42,825 nt of DNA from an uncultured Burkholderiales bacterium (GTDB lineage Bacteria > Pseudomonadota > Gammaproteobacteria > Burkholderiales > Burkholderiaceae_C). The notes under the pieces are model-generated. The model searched no databases. It had not been told where the DNA came from and saw only the letters and a program-made list of their open reading frames with translations. A program made the position numbers and the translations under genes. This document shows, one piece after another, positions 37,668-42,825 of the stretch. The stretch is taken from assembly GCA_903952885.1 (NCBI GenBank), contig CAJBHE010000189.1, positions 1 to 42,825 on the forward strand, in the 5' to 3' direction. Position 1 is the first letter of the stretch. Each line of letters opens with the position of its first letter.

Positions 37668-37672
37668 GCTTG

Positions 37673-37696
37673 ATTCTAAAAACCGGCTGCAACCTT
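37673..37696 (-). promoter_or_regulatory. Putative leaderless promoter AAGGTTG-N11-TAGAAT (copy 2)
   Basis: TAGAAT 5 nt before the DUF2878 ATG, no SD; same motif and spacing as 32487-32510. Confidence 0.55.
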
Positions 37697-37709
37697 CGTG
37701 TGGCTGAGG

Positions 37710-38738
37710 TCATTCAGCCGCGCCGCGTTCGTACCAGCCCTTGCTGCGGTTCACCACGTTCACCACCAGCAACATGATGGGCACTTCAATCAGCACGCCC
37801 ACCACCGTGGCCAGAGCTGCGCCTGATTCAAAACCAAACAGGCTGATGGCGGCGGCCACCGCCAACTCGAAGAAGTTTGATGCGCCAATTAGCGCTGAAG
37901 GGCCTGCCACGTTGTGGGCTTCACCCACTGCACGGTTGAGGTAATAAGCCAAGGCAGAGTTAAACAGCACTTGAATAAGGATCGGCACTGCCAGCAGCGC
38001 AATGACCAAGGGCTGCTTCAAAATTGCTTCGCCTTGAAACGCAAACAACAACACCAGTGTGGCCAGCAGGGCAGCGATGGACCAAGGGCCAATGAGCGCC
38101 ATGACGGCTTCAAACTTCGCCTCACCTCGCGCGAGCAACGCTTTGCGAATCAGCTGTGCCAACACCACAGGCACGATGATGTACAACACCACCGACGTGA
38201 TGAGCGTGTCCCAAGGCACGATGATGGCCGAGAGGCCCAACAAAAATGCCACCAGCGGTGCAAACGCCACCACCATGATGGCGTCGTTCAAGGCCACTTG
38301 CGACAGGGTGAACAAAGGGTGGCCGTTGGTCAGTCGGCTCCACACAAACACCATGGCGGTGCAGGGTGCAGCAGCCAGCAAAATGAGGCCCGCGATGTAG
38401 CTGTCAATTTGGTCGGCTGGCAACAGCGGCGCAAAAAAATAGCGAATGAAAAACCAACCCAGAAGCGCCATCGAAAACGGCTTGACGAACCAGTTGACAA
38501 ACAAGGTCACGCCAATGCCTTTGATGTGCTGACGCACCTCGTGCAAAGCGGCAAAGTCGACCTTCACCAACATCGGAATGATCATGATCCAAATCAGCAA
38601 GCCCACTGGTAAGTTGACTTGCGCGTATTCAAGCTGGCCAATGGCTTGAAACAGCTCAGGTTGCCACTGGCCCAGCGCAATGCCCACCACGATGCACAAG
38701 GCCACCCAAGCGGTGAGGTAGCGTTCAAAGAAGTTCAT
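37710..38738 (-). CDS. acr3: ACR3-family arsenite efflux transporter
   Basis: FERYLTAWV, AAAPCTAMVFVWS, IGASNFFELAVA and GVLIEVP motifs. Confidence 0.95.
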   Translation of the reverse strand: MNFFERYLTAWVALCIVVGIALGQWQPELFQAIGQLEYAQVNLPVGLLIWIMIIPMLVKVDFAALHEVRQHIKGIGVTLFVNWFVKPFSMALLGWFFIRYFFAPLLPADQIDSYIAGLILLAAAPCTAMVFVWSRLTNGHPLFTLSQVALNDAIMVVAFAPLVAFLLGLSAIIVPWDTLITSVVLYIIVPVVLAQLIRKALLARGEAKFEAVMALIGPWSIAALLATLVLLFAFQGEAILKQPLVIALLAVPILIQVLFNSALAYYLNRAVGEAHNVAGPSALIGASNFFELAVAAAISLFGFESGAALATVVGVLIEVPIMLLVVNVVNRSKGWYERGAAE

Positions 38739-39247
38739 GCGTGGTCCTTGCTGATTTCACGGGCTGTGTGTTGCAACATGGTTTTTTGCAATTTTTCGGC
38801 AGGCAAATCCACCAAGATTTGCAGGCGTTTTTGAATCATGTAGAGCGTGTTGCGGAAGGCAGCCAAGCGTTCTTCGTCAGTGCCTTGTACCTCTGATGGG
38901 TCTGGGTAGCCCCAGTGTGCGGTGGCGGGTTGGCCCGGCCAATAGGGGCACACCTCGCCCGCGGCGTTGTCGCACACGGTGATGACCAAGTCCATATGCG
39001 GTGCATCGGGCAATGCAAACTCGTCCCAGTTTTTGCTGCGCAAATCGTCGGTGGCAATCCCCGCAGATTGCAACACTTGTAGGGCGAGGGGATTGGGTTG
39101 TTGGTTCTCGCTCGGGCTGCTGCCGGCTGAGAAGGCTTTGAAGTGCGTGCCACTTGCACCGTGGGTAATATGGTTCAGCAGGGCTTCAGCCAAGATGCTG
39201 CGTGCGGAGTTGTGGGTGCACAGGAAGAGAACATTAAGTGTGGTCAT
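38735..39247 (-). CDS. arsC: Arsenate reductase (LMW-PTP fold)
   Basis: FLCTHNSARS, TVCDNAAGEVCP.WPG and HWGYPDP motifs. Confidence 0.93.
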   Translation of the reverse strand: MTTLNVLFLCTHNSARSILAEALLNHITHGASGTHFKAFSAGSSPSENQQPNPLALQVLQSAGIATDDLRSKNWDEFALPDAPHMDLVITVCDNAAGEVCPYWPGQPATAHWGYPDPSEVQGTDEERLAAFRNTLYMIQKRLQILVDLPAEKLQKTMLQHTAREISKDHA

Positions 39248-39277
39248 GGTGAGCTCCTTGTAAAAACATTGAAAAAG

Positions 39278-39619
39278 TTAAAAGCAGGTATTGGCCCTTT
39301 CTGGCACCACGGCGCACGACTGGCCTTGGCAGCAGTCTTGGGTCAGGTAAGTCAGCAAGTCATTCATACGGGCAAATTCAGCGCGATAAATCAGGTTGCG
39401 GCCGCTGGATTGCGCGCTGACCAAGCCAGCATGGCTCAAGGCCTTGAGGTGAAACGACAATGCGCTTGGTGCGATTTGCAATAAGGCTGTAAGTGTGCTG
39501 GGGGTCAAACCTGCGGCGCCCGCTACAACTAAAGCGCGGAAAGCGCGCAAACGCTGAGCTTGCGCCAATGCGGCCAATGCCTCGACCGCTTCAATTTCAG
39601 AAGGTTTAACCATGCTCAT
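39278..39619 (-). CDS. arsR: ArsR-family repressor
   Basis: ALAQ..RL..FRALV.AG, LSFHLKAL and C-terminal CC.G..C. Confidence 0.92.
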   Translation of the reverse strand: MSMVKPSEIEAVEALAALAQAQRLRAFRALVVAGAAGLTPSTLTALLQIAPSALSFHLKALSHAGLVSAQSSGRNLIYRAEFARMNDLLTYLTQDCCQGQSCAVVPERANTCF

Positions 39620-39621
39620 AC

Positions 39622-39637
39622 TTCAATAATACTTGAA
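39622..39637. promoter_or_regulatory. Putative ArsR operator
   Basis: Inverted repeat TTCAA-TAATAC-TTGAA immediately upstream of arsR. Confidence 0.65.
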
Positions 39638-39652
39638 ACATTGAATTTTGAA

Positions 39653-39680
39653 TTGTCATATATGTCACGTTTTCGTCACA
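39653..39680 (+). promoter_or_regulatory. Pho box (PhoB site)
   Basis: TTGTCAT, ATGTCAC and TCGTCAC half-sites upstream of pstS, the last two at 11-bp spacing. Confidence 0.8.
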
Positions 39681-39725
39681 AAGCATGGTTAAAGTTTTGC
39701 TGTTCTAACCAACTGAAGGAATCCC

Positions 39726-40757
39726 GTGAACACGAAACGCACATTCATCAAATCCGTGGCAGCAGCTGCAATGGCAACTTTGTCCATGGGTTCAGCCTTC
39801 GCAGCCGAAATCACAGGCGCCGGCGCTAGCTTCCCATACCCCATTTATGTGAAATGGGCTGAAGGATACAAGGCGGCAACTGGCAATAGCTTGAATTACC
39901 AATCTATCGGTTCTTCAGGCGGTATTCGCCAAATCAAAGCCAAAACCGTGACATTTGGTGCCACTGACGCGCCACTCAGCGGCGAAGAATTAGACAAGGA
40001 CGGAATGGTTCAATTCCCAGCCATCATCGGCGGTACTGTGCCAGTGTTGAACTTGGATGGCTTCAAGCCAGGCGAATTGCGTGTGACAGGTTCGGTCTTG
40101 GCAGACATGTTCATGGGCAAGATTGCGAATTGGAACGACCCAAAAATCGCTGCTTTGAATCCTGGCAAAAAACTACCTGACCAAGCCATCACAGTGGTTC
40201 ACCGTGCTGATGGTTCAGGCACCACTTTCAACTTTACCGACTATTTGACTGCTGTTAGCAAAGACTGGTCAGCATCAGTCGGCAAGGGCGCTGCTGTTAA
40301 GTGGCCAGCTCCCTCTTCCGTGGGTGGCAAGGGCAACGAAGGCGTGGCCGCTAACGTTAACCGAGTCAAGGGTTCTTTGGGTTACGTTGAATACGCTTAC
40401 GTGAAAAAGAACAACATGACGTTCATGCAATTGCAAAACGCAGACGGCAAGTACGTTGCCCCCGATGATTTGACATTCGCATCCGCTGCCGCTGGCGTGG
40501 ATTGGATGAGCGTCCCAGGCATGGGCGTGTCCATGGTTAACGCCAAAGGTGCAAATAGCTGGCCCATCAGCACGGCTTCATTCATCTTGATGTACAAGCA
40601 ACCGACAGACAAAGCAGCATCTGCAGAAGCCATCAAATTCTTTGATTGGTCATTCATCAATGGTAAGAAAATGGCTGAAGAATTGGATTACGTTGCACTG
40701 CCTGACAGTTTGACAACACAAATCCGCGCCAAAGTTTGGACACAAATTCAAAAGTAA
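39726..40757 (+). CDS. pstS: Phosphate ABC transporter substrate-binding protein
   Basis: TGAGASFP, YQSIGSSGG, FGATD, HRADGSGTT and GGKGNEGVA motifs. Confidence 0.96.
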   Translation: MNTKRTFIKSVAAAAMATLSMGSAFAAEITGAGASFPYPIYVKWAEGYKAATGNSLNYQSIGSSGGIRQIKAKTVTFGATDAPLSGEELDKDGMVQFPAIIGGTVPVLNLDGFKPGELRVTGSVLADMFMGKIANWNDPKIAALNPGKKLPDQAITVVHRADGSGTTFNFTDYLTAVSKDWSASVGKGAAVKWPAPSSVGGKGNEGVAANVNRVKGSLGYVEYAYVKKNNMTFMQLQNADGKYVAPDDLTFASAAAGVDWMSVPGMGVSMVNAKGANSWPISTASFILMYKQPTDKAASAEAIKFFDWSFINGKKMAEELDYVALPDSLTTQIRAKVWTQIQK

Positions 40758-40778
40758 TTTGAATTGATCTGATAAATT

Positions 40779-40812
40779 CCGTCGGCTTTGGTCTCCATGC
40801 CGACGGTTTTTT
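40779..40812 (+). terminator. Intercistronic hairpin/terminator after pstS
   Basis: CCGTCGGC...GCCGACGG followed by TTTTTT. Confidence 0.75.
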
Positions 40813-40836
40813 GGTTTTTAAGGTTTAAGGTTTTTT

Positions 40837-41847
40837 ATGAGTCTAGGGTCTGTCATGAGCTCACAAAATTTAGTACAAGAAACATCTGGTCAAGCCGTGA
40901 GCGCTGACATGGTGGCTGTTGCAAACAAACAGCGAACGCAGGATTTCTTTTTTCACCGCGTTACACAAGCGTTTTCATTGCTCGTGCTGGCGGCCTTGTT
41001 AGGCATCATTGTTTCTTTGTTTGTGAATGCTTGGCCAACTTTTCAAAAGTTTGGTTTTAACTTTTTGTGGCGTGTTGAGTGGGACATCGTCAACTCAGAA
41101 TTTGGAGCAGCCATTGCAATTGTGGGCACGATTGCCAGTGCTGGCATTGCGCTCTTGATCGCCGTGCCATTGGCGTTTGGCGTGGCTGTGTTTTTGACCG
41201 AGACATGCCCAGTATGGTTGCGTCGCCCGCTGGGCACCTCCATCGAGCTGTTGGCGGCTGTTCCCTCCATCATCTATGGCATGTTTGGTTTGTTTGTGTT
41301 TGCGCCTTTGTTTGCCGATTACGTTCAAGTGCCGTTGAAGCAAATCTTGGGCGGAATGCCTTTGGTAGGCTTTTTGTTTGGAGGTGCCACCAACGGCATG
41401 GGTATTTTGGCAGCGGGCGTTGTGCTGGCATTCATGGTCCTTCCGTTCGTAGCCGCTGTGATGCGTGATGTGTTTGAAATCACGCCCCCCATCCTGCGCG
41501 AATCTGCCTATGGTTTGGGTTGCACCACGTGGGAAGTGGTGCGTCAAGTGGTCTTGCCCTACACGCAAAAAGGTGTGATCGGCGGCATCATGCTGGGACT
41601 GGGTCGAGCTTTGGGTGAAACCATGGCAGTGACCTTTGTGATTGGCAATGCCAACCGCATGCCCACCTCTTTGTTTTCCCCCGGAACGTCCATCGCCTCT
41701 GTACTGGCCAATGAATTTGGTGAAGCTGCAGACCTGCACTTCTCTACCTTGTTTGCATTGGGCTTCTTGCTGTTCATCATCACCTTTGTGGTGTTGGCTG
41801 CTGCCAAGGTCATGATCATGCGTGCTGAAAAAGCCAAAGGCAATTAA
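40837..41847 (+). CDS. pstC: Phosphate ABC transporter permease
   Basis: [24 protein letters not shown] and [11 protein letters not shown] motifs; alternative start 40855. Confidence 0.95.
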   Translation: MSLGSVMSSQNLVQETSGQAVSADMVAVANKQRTQDFFFHRVTQAFSLLVLAALLGIIVSLFVNAWPTFQKFGFNFLWRVEWDIVNSEFGAAIAIVGTIASAGIALLIAVPLAFGVAVFLTETCPVWLRRPLGTSIELLAAVPSIIYGMFGLFVFAPLFADYVQVPLKQILGGMPLVGFLFGGATNGMGILAAGVVLAFMVLPFVAAVMRDVFEITPPILRESAYGLGCTTWEVVRQVVLPYTQKGVIGGIMLGLGRALGETMAVTFVIGNANRMPTSLFSPGTSIASVLANEFGEAADLHFSTLFALGFLLFIITFVVLAAAKVMIMRAEKAKGN

Positions 41848-41856
41848 AGGGTTTCT

Positions 41857-42711
41857 ATGCAAATGAATAATCAACTTTACGCAAAACGCCGCATTGCCAG
41901 CACGCTAGGCTTGGCTTTTTCTATGTCTGCCATGGCTGTCGGCTTAGCCGTCTTACTTTGGATTCTTTACGTGCTCTTTGCCAACGGGCTCGCAGCCTTG
42001 GATGGTAATTTACTTTTCAGTGACACACCGGCCCCAGGCACTGAAGGTGGTGGCTTGCGCAACGCCATCGTGGGTAGCCTGATGATTGTGGGCTTGACCG
42101 TGTTGGTGTCTACTCCTGTCGGCATCTTGGCCGGTGTTTATCTCACCGAATATGGTGATGAGAGCAAAACTGCCGAGCTGACCCGCTTTGTGACTGACAT
42201 CATGCTGTCTGCACCTTCCATCGTGTTGGGTTTGTTTGTGTATGCGATTGCAGTGGCCACGGTGGGCAACTTTTCTGGTTACGCGGGGAGCTTAGCCCTA
42301 GCCCTCATCGCTGTGCCTGTGATCATGCGCACCACTGAAAACATGTTGCGCTTGGTGCCCGGCAGCTTGCGAGAAGCCGCTTTTGCCTTGGGTGCACCAC
42401 GCTGGAAAGTGGCCACCTTCATCACCTTGCGCGCCGCCAAAAGCGGTGTGATGACCGGCTTGTTGTTGGCTGTGGCCCGCATCAGTGGCGAGACCGCACC
42501 CTTGCTGTTCACCGCCTTGAACAACCAGTTCTTCAGCACCAACATGGGCGCGCCCATGGCCAACTTGCCTGTGGTGATCTTCCAGTTTGCGATGAGCCCT
42601 TATGACAACTGGGTGCGTTTGGCTTGGGCAGGTGCTTTGTTGATCACCTTGACTGTGCTCGTGCTCAACATCTTGGCACGCGTATTCTTCCGCGACAAAG
42701 TCAGCGCCTAA
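41857..42711 (+). CDS. pstA: Phosphate ABC transporter permease
   Basis: GGGLRNAIVGS, APSIVLGLF, LREAAFALG and ARISGETAPLLFT motifs. Confidence 0.95.
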   Translation: MQMNNQLYAKRRIASTLGLAFSMSAMAVGLAVLLWILYVLFANGLAALDGNLLFSDTPAPGTEGGGLRNAIVGSLMIVGLTVLVSTPVGILAGVYLTEYGDESKTAELTRFVTDIMLSAPSIVLGLFVYAIAVATVGNFSGYAGSLALALIAVPVIMRTTENMLRLVPGSLREAAFALGAPRWKVATFITLRAAKSGVMTGLLLAVARISGETAPLLFTALNNQFFSTNMGAPMANLPVVIFQFAMSPYDNWVRLAWAGALLITLTVLVLNILARVFFRDKVSA

Positions 42712-42732
42712 TTTCAATCAGGAATTTACAAA

Positions 42733-42825
42733 ATGTCTGAAACTAAAACAGTAAATAAAAACGCCTTGGAAGTCCGCGATCTGAACTTCTTCTATGGCAA
42801 GTTCCAAGGCCTCCGCAATGTCACC
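42733..42825 (+). CDS. pstB: Phosphate ABC transporter ATP-binding protein (partial, runs off the right edge)
   Basis: MSETKTVNKNALEVRDLNFFYGKFQGLRNVT, following pstA. Confidence 0.85.
   Translation, partial: MSETKTVNKNALEVRDLNFFYGKFQGLRNVT

Noticed and set aside
1-42825. CRISPR arrays, IS elements, defence systems
   Set aside because: No regularly spaced repeats, transposases or recognisable defence genes were seen

Overview
Chromosomal window from a betaproteobacterium, probably Comamonadaceae/Limnohabitans-like (inferred from gene content and protein style). No integrase, transposase or CRISPR array was seen. Left to right: (1) nitrogen-limitation block with partial nirB, a nitrate ABC transporter behind a sigma54 promoter and ANTAR antiterminator leader, nasT, and a divergent ATP-grasp/alpha-E/transglutaminase/Anbu operon; (2) tRNA-Asn; (3) two paralogous TonB-dependent receptors behind a TPP riboswitch that carries an unusual two-hairpin insertion; (4) sulfate assimilation (cysI-DUF934-cysH-cysD-cysN) followed by ferredoxin and ferredoxin-NADP reductase; (5) monomeric isocitrate dehydrogenase; (6) a ~14 kb light/UV-stress cluster with two photolyase/cryptochrome genes, DUF2256, a pterin dehydratase, an SOS box shared with umuD-Cho-like nuclease-umuC, SOUL, FolB-like, DUF2237, a divergent MerR / Cys-less IscR-like regulator pair, TIGR03643, an SDR, DUF3833 and DUF2878; (7) arsR-arsC-acr3 back-to-back with pstSCAB. 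The best candidates for new biology are the modified TPP riboswitch and the regulation and atypical members of the light/UV cluster. All calls come from reading motifs by eye; no database searches were run.
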